A DNA stretch of 64,000 nucleotides from Octopus sinensis (Eukaryota). The translations under genes were made by a program, and so were the position numbers. Location: positions 25,792,001 through 25,856,000 of the forward strand of contig NC_043016.1 of NCBI RefSeq assembly GCF_006345805.1, read 5' to 3'. The notes under the pieces are model-generated. The model did not search any database. It saw only the letters and a list, made by a program, of their open reading frames with translations, and was not told the origin of the DNA. This document shows, piece by piece, positions 1 through 14,403 of the stretch; positions within the stretch are counted from its first letter, which is position 1; each line of letters begins with the position of its first letter.

Positions 1-134
1 TAAAGATGTAAGCGACACCAAACTCAGTCCTCCTAATTTATAAGTTGACCCCTACCCTCCTTATCCTGTCTCAACTCATCAAACCAATTGACTGCTTCTT
101 ATTTTATGTACCTTTATTAACTAAAGTACATTAG

Positions 135-345
135 ATTGCTGACAGAATAATTACTGTGCTAGACAAAATACCTGGTGGCATTTATTCCAGTTCTTTATGT
201 TCTGGGTTCAAATCCATTCAAGTTTGATTTTGCCTTTCATCCTTTCAAGGTCAGTAAATTAAGCACCAATACCAGTACTGGGGATCAACATAGTCAGCTT
301 CAATTATCTCCTTAAAATGGCTGGCCTTGTGCCAAAATCTTAAAC

Positions 346-346
<1 letters not shown>
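135..346 (+). mobile_element. Octopus tRNA-derived SINE, 'family B' (GGCGAGCTGGCAGAATCGTTAG head), decayed copy followed by (ATT)n
   Basis: B-box-like GGTTCAAATCC, GACTTTGCCTTTCATCCTTT-type core and GCTGGCCTTGTGCCAAAA tail, all shared with many other copies in the window. Confidence 0.75.
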
Positions 347-378
<32 letters not shown>

Positions 379-495
379 CATTTTATTATCATTATTATCT
401 ATTACTCCCTTAGCTGTTTTTAGCTGCATATCCTGATGTAGTCAACTTTGCCTTTCATTTATTTCTTTTGGCATGGAAGAAGTGATTAAGTAAAT

Positions 496-535
<40 letters not shown>

Positions 536-536
<1 letters not shown>

Positions 537-880
537 GCACAGGAATGGCTGTGTGGTAAGTAGCTTGCTTACCAACCACATGGTTCCGGGTTCAGTCCCA
601 CTGCGTTGCACCTTCTACTATTGCCTCAGGCAGACCAAAGCCTTGTTAATGGATATGGTAGATGGAAACTGAAAGAAACCCGTCATATGTGTGTGCGTGT
701 GTTTGTATGTCTGTTTGTCCCCCCCCCCCCCCAACATCGCTTGACAACCGATGCTGGTGTTAAGAGACCGATAAAATAAGTACTAGGCTTACAAAGAATA
801 AATGCTGGGGTCAATTTGCTCGACTAAAGGTAGTACTCCAGCATGGCCGCAGTCAGATGACTGAAACAAGTAAAGAGTAA
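536..880 (+). mobile_element. Octopus tRNA-derived SINE, 'family A' (GGCGCAGGAGTGGCTGTGTGGTAAGTAGC head, internal (TG)n, GACTGAAACAAGTAAAAGAGT tail)
   Basis: A-box TGGCTGTGTGG and B-box GGTTCAGTCCC; near-identical copies at 23.0, 28.1 and 44.6 kb; inserted in (TA)n. Confidence 0.9.
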
Positions 881-898
881 TATATATATACATATATA

Positions 899-1092
899 TT
901 ATAATTTAAGGTATCTAAGAGATACCACCATGCTGAAAATAGCAGTCAAAACTTGGGTGCTATTTTCAGCGTGGTGGTATCTCTTAGATACCCTAAATTA
1001 TAATTTTAATAATAATTATTACCTTTGAAGGTTTTTATTCTCATGCTGGCCACTTGATAAGATCGATATTTAAATTAACAATCTTATCCTTA
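899..1092 (+). mobile_element. Short fold-back element: about 46-bp arms (899-944/958-1003), 13-nt loop, one-sided extension ending ...TTATCCTTAT in (TA)n
   Basis: Arms are reverse complements with 2 differences; same architecture as the 48231-48376 element. Confidence 0.7.
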
Positions 1093-1123
<31 letters not shown>

Positions 1124-3477
1124 CAACACACACACACACACATATGTATATATAGGCTTATACATGGTTCTACAATAAAGAAGATCCCTTCCTATTAAAA
1201 TGGTTTCGGTTTCTTCAGAAAATGTCATTTACTATGGCCACCAGCCAACCAATATTTTGTGAGTAGAATCGGTTGATGGAAACTCTCTGGAAGTCTATTG
1301 AGAGAGAGAGACTGTGTGTTGTGCATGTGCATGCATGTACACACATAGATTTTTTTGTTTGTCTCTCATTTCTTGACAACTGTTGGTTTGTTTACATCCT
1401 CAGGAAAAAAAAAATCTCTTTAGAATTAGTGCCAGACTAAAGTAAGTACTGGAGTGGTTTAATTGACTGAACACTTGAAGACACAGTCCAATAATTGAAA
1501 CAAGTAAAAATGTATGATACATACAAACATACTTAGGTATATATACACACATATACATGTGTACGATGTAGTACCATCGCTAGTATGATGGACATCATTC
1601 TGTAGAACATTATCCTTGCCAGGTGTCCTAAACAGCTGTCCCTTCCATTACCAGATTTCCTCTGCTTCTCTCATTGCCAATCCATTCCACACGTACACCC
1701 TCAACCTCTCTCTCTCTCTCTCTCCCCTTGTACTTCCTTCTGCCCTACACTTCATCTCCACTGCCTTTGCTGAGTTTACTCCCATTTATTTTTGCATACT
1801 ATACTAAACCTCCTTCCCTACCCTATTAAATTCTTCATACTCTTGTCTTTTTTTTCTGCACACCCACTTCCAACTACAACCCTCTTTTCTCCTTCTATCT
1901 ATCTATCTCCACACACAGAGAAAGTTCTTTCCCTCTTCTATATTTCTGCTATTAAAATGCTTCAGTGGTGTTGTGTTGTTGGAGTAAGTACACACACACA
2001 CACATATGCCTTTGCTTTCTGTCAGTAGTAAGTTCACCCCCAACAAACTCTACAATGAGGAAGCTTCTACATAGTCACACAATCTGCTAGAGATAGTAGT
2101 CAGACCTTCCTGAAAACACACACCCTACTCTATTAAAAAGAGAAGGCTGCATTGATAATCAAAAAAAAGAAAGACAGATCGCTCATGACTTTGACAATAG
2201 TTTTACTCATTGAGGGTTGACCTAGGGCTAAAAATCAGTAGTGAAGCTTTCTCTGATAATTTCATTTCTAATAGCTGTATTTTATATGATGGTCTTTACT
2301 TGAACCTTTAGGGAATGGATGAAAGTCACAGCATCTTCTGTGATTTGTGTAAATACAAAAATTACTGCTCACATTTTTTTCTTCCACTGAGTCAACAAAT
2401 TTTCAAAATATATCTATGAAGATTTCTGTGTGTGTGTGTGTGCATATATGTATACTTATATACATGCGCATGTATATTTACATATATGTGTGTGTGTGTG
2501 TGCGCGCATGTATACTGGAGTCTGAAAACATCAGAGATCATTATTCTGAACTTGTTTCCAGCTTCTGATAAATAACATGAGCAAAACTATCATTATAAGT
2601 AGAAATTCTACAGTTGTTGGTAGGGAACCATGAAATGTATAATTTCTTTTGAAATTGGATTGTTTTTCCTGAAGTGTTTGGTTCTTGAGATAGCATAAAG
2701 TCTACATAGGCAGTACTGAGAGTGAAGTTTTAGGAGAGAACATGTTTGAAAATTATATTTTGTGCTATTTACTCGTCGTATCTTCTACCCCGTGAGTTCT
2801 TCATTTTTTTTTTATCCCAATATCAAGAAATAAAGAATTTTAGCTACAGCATGAAATCAAAGACAATGTGGAAGCTTATTTTACATTCTTTTAATTTGTC
2901 CTTTCCACAAAACAATATTCTTCTGAAAATATGTATCTATGTAGCATAGAGTAGTGCAATCCAAAAAGACCTTGGCAGTTAGTTTGCATCAAGCATATGC
3001 ACAGCTTGTACAGATGGCATAAAGCAGATGATACTCGATCAACAGTTTATTAATCAACACATGATATACACTTCACCTCATGTTGGTGGAGATTCCAGTA
3101 AGATGACTGCAACTATATGACTTGGGGTTCAGCAACAAAATTTGCTAATTCTGCAATTATAAATTGGTAGGACTTACTTTCATTATTCCTTACACCTACC
3201 AATCAATATGTATGTATGTACGTACCTGGGATAAGAACTACTGAGTTATAATGATCAGTATACATGCAGTCATGTGTGTGTATATACATACTGATATTCA
3301 ACACCACTAAATATGTCTAGGTTTGTATTTGACCAATATAAGCATGCCCCATGTTACAGAAGCATTTTGTTCATAAAATTCTTGCTGTAACATAAAATTC
3401 TGTTAGGGCAAGATTTTCTGGAATGTAACATTTCCATCGACACAGGCAATATATCCTTTCAGGGTATATTATAAGGG

Positions 3478-3812
3478 CGATTAGTAATGGCTCAGTGGTT
3501 AGAGCATCAGGCTCATAATCATGGGGTAGTGAGTTCGATACCCAAACCAGGCTGTGTATTGTGCTTGAGCAAGACATTTTATTTCATGTTGCTCCACTTC
3601 AGTCATCTGTAGAAATGAGTTGCGACGTCACTGGTGCCAAGCTGTATCGGCCTTTGCTTTTCCCTTGGATAACATCAGTGATATGGAGAAGGGAGGCTGG
3701 AATTCATGGGTGACTGCTGGTCTTCCATGAACAACATTTCCCAGACTTGTGCCTTGGAGGGTAATTTTCTAGGTCCAACCCCATTGTCATTCATGACCAA
3801 AGGGAGTCTTTA
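3478..3812 (+). mobile_element. tRNA-derived SINE, 'family C' (TGGCTCAGTGGTTAGAGC head, CORE-like TTGAGCAAGACA segment)
   Basis: A box TGGCTCAGTGG, B box AGTTCGATACC; homologous copies at 37948 and 54123. Confidence 0.85.
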
Positions 3813-4329
3813 CCTGTTACCTGGTTAGTAATGATGTAAACACTCTGACACTCATTGTTTTCCTGCTGTACACCCACTCACACTACTCCTTTTATTTGGA
3901 GCACTTCTTTTTATTTATTTCTCTGAAATTCTTCTATTAGGTAGTTAAATTACTTTGCTCTCCTGCTGCCAAAGCATTTAAGACAGTTTTAAAAAGTATT
4001 TTATTTTATAAAAATTACATTCTAAAACTTTAAGTTTCTCTTTTATCTTGCCAGCCTGTTAAAGAATTTGGTGTTTTACCAAATACTGGGAATTATTATT
4101 ATTATAACAGTGGGAGAAATTGCAAATGTTTTTTATTTTTAATTCTTTGAGAATAGAAACTAGTTTTATCTGTAGGTAATCAAAACTTAGCTTAGGGAAA
4201 TTTAATACTATATCTGTTTATCTATCCATCTGTCAGTCTATCTATCTAGATAGATAGATGTGTGGTTTGTCATGAACTCATAAAGTTTGATGGAATCATT
4301 TCACAAGACAAAAAAAAAAATTAAGTCTT

Positions 4330-4965
4330 GTGTTTGTTTCAGTTCTTTATGTTCTGATTCTGATTTCAAATTCTGCTGAAGTTAACTTGTCTTTCATCAT
4401 TCCTAGTAGATCAATGAAATAAAGTACATGTGAAATACTGAACTCATCAGTACTTCACTGCTATTTCTTTCTTTTCTTCCCAGTTTTCTGGCATTGCGCC
4501 TGGGTTGTGTATTGGCAGTTACAGAATTGATAGAACATTGGGGGAAAATGCTTCAGTTTTGTTCCAGCTCTCTGAGTTCAAATCACACTGAAGTCAAATT
4601 TGATCTTCATCCTTCTTTAGGAGAGCATCGGTAAAATAAAGTACCAATCTAGTACTGGTATCAATGTGATTGACTAAACCTTTTTATATATATATATATG
4701 TATATATATTTCCCACTCTTCTCAAAAATGCTGGCCTTGTGACTAAAACAGAAACATTATTTTTATCATCATCATGTAGTGAGCTGGCAAAATCATTAGT
4801 ACACCAGATAAAATGCTCAGCAGCATTTTTTTCCAGCTTTACATTCTGAGTTCAAATTCCACCAAGGTGACATGCCTTTCGTCCTTTGGGGTTAAGTGAG
4901 GTTGATGCGATCAGCTAGCCCCCTCCCCCAAAGTTTTAGGTCTTGTGCTTCAAAGTAGAAAGAAT
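4330..4965 (+). mobile_element. Three tandem decayed family B SINE copies
   Basis: Repeated CTGAGTTCAAAT...CATCCTT...AAAGTACCA...GGCCTTGTG modules; CpGs largely decayed. Confidence 0.75.
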
Positions 4966-6770
4966 TATTCATCATCATCATCATCATCACATAAAATTTA
5001 ATGGGATTTTTCTTTTTTTTTCAAATTTCAATTTTATTACTTTAAATGTAACATTGTAAATAGTTTAAAAGTTAAAAACAATTCCACTTCTGCTGATGCA
5101 ATAGCTGTATGTAATATAATTTTAATTTTTACTTTGTAAAATATGTACAGATTCTATCATTGCATTTATATTGTAAATAACTATTTAAAATATAAAATGT
5201 AAAATCCCCCCCCTTTTTTTGTATATCAGTAAATTAACTGAATATCATCTCAAAATATATAAAATATACATACAAAGATACAGATACACACACACACAAC
5301 CCTTATATCTTAGCTGTATATAAAACAGATGTTTTATTTATTTATTGCATGTGCATATATTTTATATATACACTCTGTCTTAATGCATTTTATTATATTT
5401 TTAAAAAATTTAATTCTTTCCTTATCTATTTATTTTTATGCTCCTGATATTTACTACTTTTGGGGGAGTAGAACATTTTTTTTTTTTTTTTTTCATATTA
5501 TTTTATTTTTAGATTTATACTTTGTAGAGTCTCCCTTGTTCTTGCTTTCTTTCTTCTCAACACTGCTGAGCTGTGCTAAAAAAACTACAACCCACTTTTT
5601 TTTTTCCACCACCACTGCCACCACCATCCTCAGCCACCACTTATGCTATCCTCGTCCTCATCATCTTCACCGCCCTAATTACTTTGAGTGCTATCAGAAT
5701 GATATACTTCCTGCCAAGAGCAACTTTGAATGATCTGTACATCTACCTTAATTGTCACTTACTACCAATTCCTACATCCTGTTTGCAATGGCAGCAGCAG
5801 CAACAGTATCAACAGCAGCAAGTTGTGGTTACCCCCACCTGTTCCGAGTTGCCCATTTTACCAATTCAAACTTTATTATTATTATTATTATTAACTACTT
5901 CTTGACTACACTCAGAATTATAATTACACTCAAACACACACATATACAATCATACATACACATGCCCATGTGTATGTGTGTGTGTATATGCATGATTGCC
6001 CTCTCGCATATATATGGGTATGCATTGTATGTATATGTATATGTATATGCATGTATGTATATATATATATTATATATATATATATATATATGGGTATGCA
6101 CATACATGCTTGTATGTGTGTTTATATGTACACACACACACACACACAATCATTCAATGTTTGTATCAAACTAACCACCTGCCTAATGGCAGTGTTGGAA
6201 AGAAAAAGAAAAGAGACTATCTTGTTCTTTGCACAACTAGTTAGTATATTTACGTGTATGTATATATATATAGACACGTGTGTGTGTGTATATATATGTA
6301 TATATATTATATGTGTGTGTATATATATATATGTGTGTATATATATATATCGTATGTATCTACATGCACATACATACATTTGCATGTAGATGCAGCTATA
6401 TAGCTACATGAAAATTAATTATTCAATATCTCATTTGTTCACACACTTACACTTAAGTTTTATATATATATATTTTTACATTTAAACAATCTGTTTCCAG
6501 CTCCTTGCTTAGTTTCTTTATCTGGCACAGTCTTCAGTGGTTCTCTCCCCTCTCTCTCAGCCCAACTACCTCCATACACACACACACACACACAATTCTA
6601 CAGCTGTTAATTTCATGCACTCACATGCAGATACACACACACACACGTAAAACGCATGCACACACCATAATTTTGCTGCTGTCGATTGCACTCACACACA
6701 TACACACGCACACACGCACACACACACACACACCTCCAATGTACCCAAGTTTTGCTCATTAAACACTCAC

Positions 6771-6951
6771 AAGCTTGGCTGTCTTGTCATTTTTATCTGT
6801 TTTTAGTTTCCGCCTATTTCCACTTTCAGCAATTAACCAACATGATTACAGTCGTCATACATCCACTCTACTCTTTCCTCACAACTGGCACCATTTCTCT
6901 CAAAAACTTTCTGCTCTCAGACTGGAATATTCTCTTCTGATAAACTCTTGT
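6771..6951 (-). other. Candidate non-coding (5'UTR or lncRNA) exon, 181 nt
   Basis: Minus strand: pyrimidine-rich TCTCTCTGTTTTTCACACACACAG acceptor and CTT|GTGAGT donor around unique sequence; stops in all three frames. Confidence 0.3.
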
Positions 6952-8909
6952 CTGTGTGTGTGAAAAACAGAGAGAGAAAAAGAAAGTGTGTGTGTTAGCA
7001 CATTCTGTTACTAGTTTAATTCATTGGATTGTGGCCATGCTTTGGCACTTTCCATCAAAAAGGGAGCTAATTGCATAACTTACCACCACCACCACCCCTG
7101 GACTTATTTTAAATCAACCTCAGAATTAAATAATGTGCATAGTTGATCCCAAAGGATTTTGAACTCGTGCCCAGAACATAAACAGGTCACAATTGAATAC
7201 CACAATGTATTTTGTCTGATGCTCCAAGTCTGCCATCCTCTGCTCTAACTTATTTAATTCTCTTTTTTGTTATGACTTTTAGTTTTAATTATTTTAATAC
7301 TTGAATGAAATTTTTAGAACTTTTATTCTAAATTCTAAATACTAATCAGTTTGTTTTTTTTAATTTCTTCCAGTATATTTTTAGAGTATTAGCAGTTCAG
7401 ATACATGAATATCAACGGTATTTGGTTACACATTCTAATAAAGAAACAGCCAAACTGAGAACCAAAGATCAAAGAATCTGGTGGACACTTTTAAGATATG
7501 TCCATAGTTGATGTTTCAATGGCATTGGTAAAAAAATACTTAACTTACATATGTAGAATCATTCCATTTTTACTTATGGATTGTACCTAGAGCATTCAGC
7601 TGTAGAAACCCCCACCAAACCAGATATTGGTGCACAACGCATTATTCTGGCTCATAGAATGCTGTCAAACCGTGCAACCCAAACGAGCATGTGAGGTGGG
7701 TGTCCAATGGTGATGATGATATATGCAAATATGATGGAATAGTTTGGAAGTTTATTCTTAATCACTAACTCCCAGGTTCAGTTTCACTGTATGACATCTT
7801 AGATCTTGGATAGATATTTTCCATAGAACCAGATTGTTCCACACTATGAGAGTGAAATGGGAAGGCAAAACCTGCGGAAGCTCATCAGATAAATTGTGTG
7901 AGCAATTCAAAGGTCCACCCATGTCACATTCTATCACACTACTTCTGATAAAGGTACACTTATCTACGGAATACTCAACCACATACATCCTGAATTCAAT
8001 GAGGTTGATAATTCTGTTGATCAAACCACTAAATGTAAACTCATACAATTTATTTATATCATATGTATATATGTATAATTTGATGATAGTGTCTACACAC
8101 AGTTTTGTGTGTATACACACACACATATATTTATAAGTGTGAGACCAATGGTCACTCTTTGACTAGCTATAACAACTTCCTAAAAAAACGTATTTGTATA
8201 TATATATATGTATAAACATTTACTTAGATGCGTCTATATATATATATGTATATATAAACATGTACTTAGATGTTTGTGTGTATATATATAAACATGTGCT
8301 TACATGTGTATATATATGTATATATAAACATGTACTTATATGTGTATATATGTATATATATAAACATGTACTTATGTGTGTATGTATGAAAAACAAGAAC
8401 GAAAATAGCATTTTCGTTCTTGTTTTTCATATCTACTTACTCGTGTGTTACCTCTACACATTTTTTAAAAAATATACATATATGTGTGTATGTATATAAA
8501 CGTACTTATGTGTGCGTGCATAGATACACATGTTTATATGTGTGTGTATATACATACATAAATATATGTGTATCAAATACACATAATACACACACACATG
8601 TATTTCATAAATTTTCTTTCATTTGTGTCTTTATTGGAAATTGCAATCGGTCTATACTAAGTATAAAGCATTGTTTACTGGCCAGATGGGGTACAGAGTT
8701 AAGATTAATATTAAATATATCTTCATTTTTGGGGTTATATTTTCATCTACGAAAATCGTAACGAGCATGCTGATGAACATGTATTCTCCGTGTACCTCTT
8801 GTGCTCTGGTACTACTTATGGTCAATGAAAATATACCATTAAGCAGTACTGTGGTTAATTTAATTGGTTAACGCGCCCTTTCAAAATATATATTAGATAT
8901 CATTGGAAC

Positions 8910-9317
8910 GGCGAGCCGGCAGAAGCGTTAGCATACCGGATAAAATGCTTGTAGCATTTATTCCGGCTTTGCGCTTCGAGTTTAAATTCTGAGGTTAATT
9001 TTGCCCCTTTGGAACCGATGTAAACGACTAGCCTCCTCTCCCAAAATTTCAGGCATTGTGCCTATAGAAGAAAATATTTTTAATAATAATAATAATAATA
9101 ATTTCTTTTATTAGCCACAGGGGCGTAGATAAGGCGAGCTGGCAGAATCGTTAACCGCGCTGGAAAAAAATGCTTAGCGGCATTTCACCCAACTTTGTTT
9201 TGAGTTCAAATACCGCCTGGTCGACTTTGCCTTTTCTCCTTTTGGGATCAATAAAATAAATAGTTGACTAACACCCTGTCCCCAAGTTGCTGGCCTTGTG
9301 CCAACATTTGAACCCAT
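8910..9317 (+). mobile_element. Two family B SINE copies (CpG-intact)
   Basis: GGCGAGCCGGCAGAAGCGTTAG and GGCGAGCTGGCAGAATCGTTAA heads. Confidence 0.8.
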
Positions 9318-10495
9318 TGTTACGATTATTAATATTAAAATAGTAACTGCAAAATCGGTAAAATACTTGACAAAAATATTGCATAGTTTTAAGTTCAAAT
9401 CCCGTGAAAGTCAAAACTGACAGCCATTCACCCTTACGTCGTTGATAAAAATAAATGTATAGCAGTCAAGCAGCACACATTCATTTAATCTACTGTTGTC
9501 TCCCGCCAAATTCACAAATCATTATCTTTATTATTGTTTTGTATCGAAAGTTTCTATCAGTTGTGTGTAGTTTATAAGCATTAAGAAGTTCATCTTCAAG
9601 TGTCTTGTTTAAACTTGCTGTCGAGCGGCTTCTGTTTAATAAAAAAAATTAATAAATTTCATGAATGGAGTCTCAGCACAGAACTCCATTCATAATTTCT
9701 GTTTGACCTAAATACATAGGTAAATAGTCGAGTTACCTCCCTTGATAGTTGAAAGCTATGTGGAAGCTCACTCCCCTCTCTCTCTCTTTCTCTTTGTCTG
9801 TCTGTCTTTACGCCTCCTTTACGCACACTTTCTCTTTCTCTCTTTTTTTTACCTCCTCTTCCTCCTTCATACACTTTTTTTTTCTCCTTCACTTTCTCGG
9901 CCCACTCCTGTTGGCTGCCTAACATTTACAAACTCCCAATCGATACTTTGCTACTCTATCACACTGTTCATTGAACAGTTTCCTTAGCACAATTCATTAA
10001 TTAACATGATTAATAACAAAAACCGTCGATCTGCTCTCTTAATAAATACACGTATTACAGTACACACACACTCATACTTATTACACACATACACTCAAAC
10101 GTATCTGTCTACCCTTATTTAATATTCAATTTATTGTGCTAGTATTTTGGAGGGGTCGGGTTTTTTTTTTTGTGCTACGTGTGTACGTATCTATGCATAT
10201 ATGTGCGGGAATGTGTTTGTGCGTGGGTGTCTGTGTGTTTTTTATCGTTCACATTTAGGCGCTCATGTTTAATAATTTCTAGAAATATCAGAAATACGAA
10301 AACAAAGTTTTACGCATGGACTTGCTTTTATTATCTTGATGCTAATTGCTCGTCCATAACAAGCATATATAGTTTGTTACGTTTGAACCGGGTTAAATGG
10401 AGTGTATGAAATAATATACGTCTTGGCCCATATAAAGCAAGCAAATAGAGTGGTGAGGTGGGAGATGGTCAGTGTAGTTTACGTGTGGGCTCAGA

Positions 10496-10720
10496 CGGTG
10501 AGCTGGCAGGATTGTTAGCACGCTGAACAGAACGCTGAATGCTTAGCAACATTTCTTCCATCTTTTTACGATCTGAGTTCAAATTCTACCGAGCTCAACT
10601 TTGCTTTTCATCCTTTTCAGACTCGATGAAATAAAGTACCAGTCAAGTGCTGGAGTCGATGTAATCGATCATCCCCTCCTCAAAAAAATTTCTGGCCTTG
10701 TGCTCATAATAGAAAGAATT
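10496..10720 (+). mobile_element. Family B SINE
   Basis: Full head-core-tail match to other copies. Confidence 0.8.
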
Positions 10721-12358
10721 ATTATTAGATAATCTGTAATCTACACTTAAACCAGTTTAGTACTTCTTTCTTACTTTTTTTAGTTTGTGTTAAGACCAAA
10801 TCTATATCAATGACTGCCGTAGCCTATGTATGAACTATGAAGACAGCATTGGCTTAGTTTCTCGCATGAGAAAATTATAACGTAATATAATGCTTGTTGG
10901 CAATGCTCTGGCAAACTTTATGTCTGAAGTTCGTTCGCAAATATTGTTAGACAATAATAAATAATTTCTTTGAAAACTACAACCTTTGATTGTTGCAATA
11001 CTTAAGAAAAAAAGTAAAAAACTATGTGCTTCAGCCCAAGACAGGTGACATCGTGTTTACCAAACTATATCCAATTTAATGAAGAGGGTCAATAAAATAA
11101 ACTAAAAATAATTATGTAGTTAGGGGGAAATATTAGTCAACTATTATAATTCTTGTTTTCTTTTTGGGTTAGGAGGTTGTATGTGGGAGACAATTCTAGA
11201 TACTTTTAGTGTTATTCTGACCTTGCCAGTGAAACATATCCTGAATACTTGTCGAAGTAAATAATGAGAGAATCAATTACTATATGTTTAACATCGTATA
11301 TTAGTTTTGCATTACTTATTCTTAATATAACTGAACTTGGGCCAACTGTTTCGTTAATGAAATTTTCACTGGTTATTGTCAATATCTAAAAACTTCATTT
11401 TCTTTTGATTTTGTCCAAGTTTTTTGCATATATTGTGACAGTTGTTTAATTACACCTAACAGTCTCATGATGATTTAAGCTGTTCCATTTCCAACCATCC
11501 AGTCTTCTATTGAGACATTGTGTCTATGGCTATATTATCAAATTTACCCTATTTTTAAACTATGAGATTTGGTGCCATGCAGCAGGTCAAACAATCGCTT
11601 AGAGATAGAGGTCTTTCATTCAGCCATTTGCAACAAAATATTTTTGTTTGTAACTTATATCCTGGCGGGGACATCTTTTCTCTTACTTTCTGCATATATT
11701 GACATGACAAGTAGCTTGAAAGACTAATCCGAATTTTTTTTTTTACAATACCGTTTCTCTTCAATATGAATCTTGAAAAATCTCATGTTTTATTAGAATT
11801 GATAATTGCATTGAATAAAATAACTGATAGCCAATCAGATTACACTAGTATTCCTCAATGATCTCTAAAATATAATGAAGAACTCTTTTGCCCCTTGATT
11901 CATTCAACACATTTTGACACTATAAACCATCATCTTAACTTTTACACTTAATTATGAAAACATTTTTATAAACGATTCATCTACAAATTTGAACAGTCAT
12001 GACATTCACACACATACAGCCTGATAAAAATCTTGCTGCATCCTCCAAATGAGAATAAGACATCATAACTGATGGCTACAACATGAGAGTAGTCTTATCT
12101 TTCTTTGTCTTTTGAGATGAAGTTTAGCAAGGATACCAGTGTTTTATATCAAGGACTTACAACACTTGCTCAAAGTATTATTCTTGAGAAAATTAGGAAG
12201 GCATAAAAATAGATGTCATCTTTATGGAACTCCCTTCTTGTTCGTATCTTTCTTACAGCTGTTGACTTAAAAGAAGAATATTAATGGCATCAGTCTTGTT
12301 AGTCTAGGAGGGCATGCAAAAGCCACGGGTACTACCTCTTTCTCCAAACCCAGCAAAT

Positions 12359-12389
<31 letters not shown>

Positions 12390-12586
12390 CATATCTAAAT
12401 TGATGTGTGTGTGTGTATGTATGCGCATATATGTATATTTTTAATATGTATTTGGCTGGCAAGTGGTTCAGTCTAAAACCATGTGTTAAAAAAAACAATT
12501 ATAACGTGAAAGATACATAATAGTCTTTCAAAAGCACACAAAGATTGTAGTGTTAACCTATTATATATGTGTGTGTGTGTGTTTAA

Positions 12587-12807
12587 CCCTTTAGCATTCA
12601 GTTTACTCTGTCAAATGTAATGCTTATTTATTCACATTGTTTTGAATTAATCAGACATTATCTCATAGCTTCAAAATTTCAATGATATGATTGTATATAT
12701 TTTAGAATGACACTGTAAGGTAGGTGCGAAAGGTTAGATTTTACTAGTTTGAACATAAAACAGGCAGAATATTTGGGCCGGATATGGCCAGATTAAGCGC
12801 TAAAGGG
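12587..12807. mobile_element. piggyBac-type MITE
   Basis: TTAA|CCCTTTAGC...GCTAAAGGG|TTA(T) termini; homologous copies at 23851 and 30685. Confidence 0.8.
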
Positions 12808-12814
12808 TTATATA

Positions 12815-13157
12815 GTACAGGCATGGCTGTGTGGTAAGAAGCTTGCTTCCCAACCACATGTTCCCCTGTTTGATCTCACTACCTGGCATCTTGGGTGTTT
12901 TCTACTGTAGCATTAGACTGAGCAAGGCCTTGTGAGTGGATTTGATAGATGTGTGTATCTTTGTGTTTGTCTCCCACCACTTCCATTGCTTGACAACCAA
13001 TGTTGGTGTGTTTACTTAGTGGTTCAGCAAACAGAGACAGATTAAGTTCTAGGCTTACAAAGAATAAGTCCTGGGGGCAATTTCTTCAACTTAAAACCCC
13101 TTTAAAGCAGTGGTCCAGCACGGCCACAGTCAAATGACTGCAACAAGTAGAAGATTA
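12815..13157 (+). mobile_element. Family A SINE
   Basis: ATGGCTGTGTGGTAAGAAGC head and ACAGTCAAATGACTG tail. Confidence 0.85.
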
Positions 13158-14358
13158 TCTATCTATATACACACGCACACACAAAGTCCACATTTAGACT
13201 GCAAAAGTTTTACAGGTAAATTTATTGACATTGCTCTGCATTTTTCTCATGCTCTTTAATAAATCTTAAATGTTTTGATATCTCACTGAATTAACATAAA
13301 AAGACCTGAAGAAAAAAATATCAAATACATCGTCTTGTAAAATTCTCTAAAGATATTTCTCATCCATTTAGAATGTTGATAGGTTTTAGTAAACATAATT
13401 TGAAAATATTTTCTTATAAAGTTCCATATCATGAAATTCTTGAGAGATTTAATTCTTCAAGAAACATTCAGCAATAATATTTTCCTTGCCCAATTAAAAC
13501 TGGCCATCTCTACACATTCCTCAGTTAATTTTGGAATGAAGCAATTTATATAAAATTCACGTGCCTTTAGAAATTAATCTCAAATATTTGTCTCCAATTT
13601 TATTGAAATATTACAAATAAAAGCATATATATACTACTGTGCAATTTCACTGAATAAAGAAACCTAAGAATGAAGAATATCTCTCAGGAAAAAAAATATA
13701 TATTTCTGGTGTTCAGAAAAAAATTCTTAGAAAAATATGACTTTAAGTCAATATCCTTTTACAATTGGAATAATTTGTGTAGAATCTCAGAAAGTTTATG
13801 AGAATGGAGAATGGTTAAAAATTAATATATATTTATTCATATAATGGAAAATGAAATTAGAGTAGTTATAGAAATACAAAATTTTTTTCAAGTATTAATT
13901 TCTTATAGCAGAAGGTATTCTATGATTTTGTTCAGTGTGCCTTTGGTCAACTGCACACTTCAAAAGAATTTTAAACCAGCGAGAATGTCATCTGAACAAA
14001 ACTCTCATTCTACTAAGTAAACCACTATCACTTATATATGATTCCACACAACCCTACCACAAGGGTGTATTGAGCATTTTCATATATATATATATTTGTA
14101 TATATGTGTGTGTGTGTGTTGCATTAAATGCACAACTGTGCTTGGGTTTTATCTTTTTTGTTTAGATTTTTCATATTTTCTTAGCAGATTTTTGCTGTTA
14201 ACTTTGGAACCATAAGTTCCAAAATTCAATTCATATTTGATATTTTCAGATTTTCACAGCCTCCTTTTCAAAAGATGGCTATATTTGATGTCTGTGTTGT
14301 TTCCTGTATACTGAATGATTTTTTTTTTTTTGCTAGGCAATGTCATTTGTTGTATGTA

Positions 14359-14403
<45 letters not shown>

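Larger units (their letters stand above)
8740..11400. promoter_or_regulatory. CpG-retaining island with a long CT/GA tract (about 9775-9890); candidate unmethylated promoter or intergenic gap
   Basis: CpG visibly much more frequent than in flanks; family B SINEs here keep CpGs that are TpG/CpA in copies at 4.3-5 and 15 kb. Confidence 0.45.

Noticed and set aside
4055-4150. Plus-strand acceptor plus ORF seemingly ending in a Cys motif
   Set aside because: Reads through to CKCFLFLIL*, which is not a CaaX; it includes an (ATT)n run and has no other support.
5573-5905. Poly-P/poly-Q ORF
   Set aside because: Made of (CCA)n, (CAG)n and (ATT)n trinucleotide runs with no splice or homology support.
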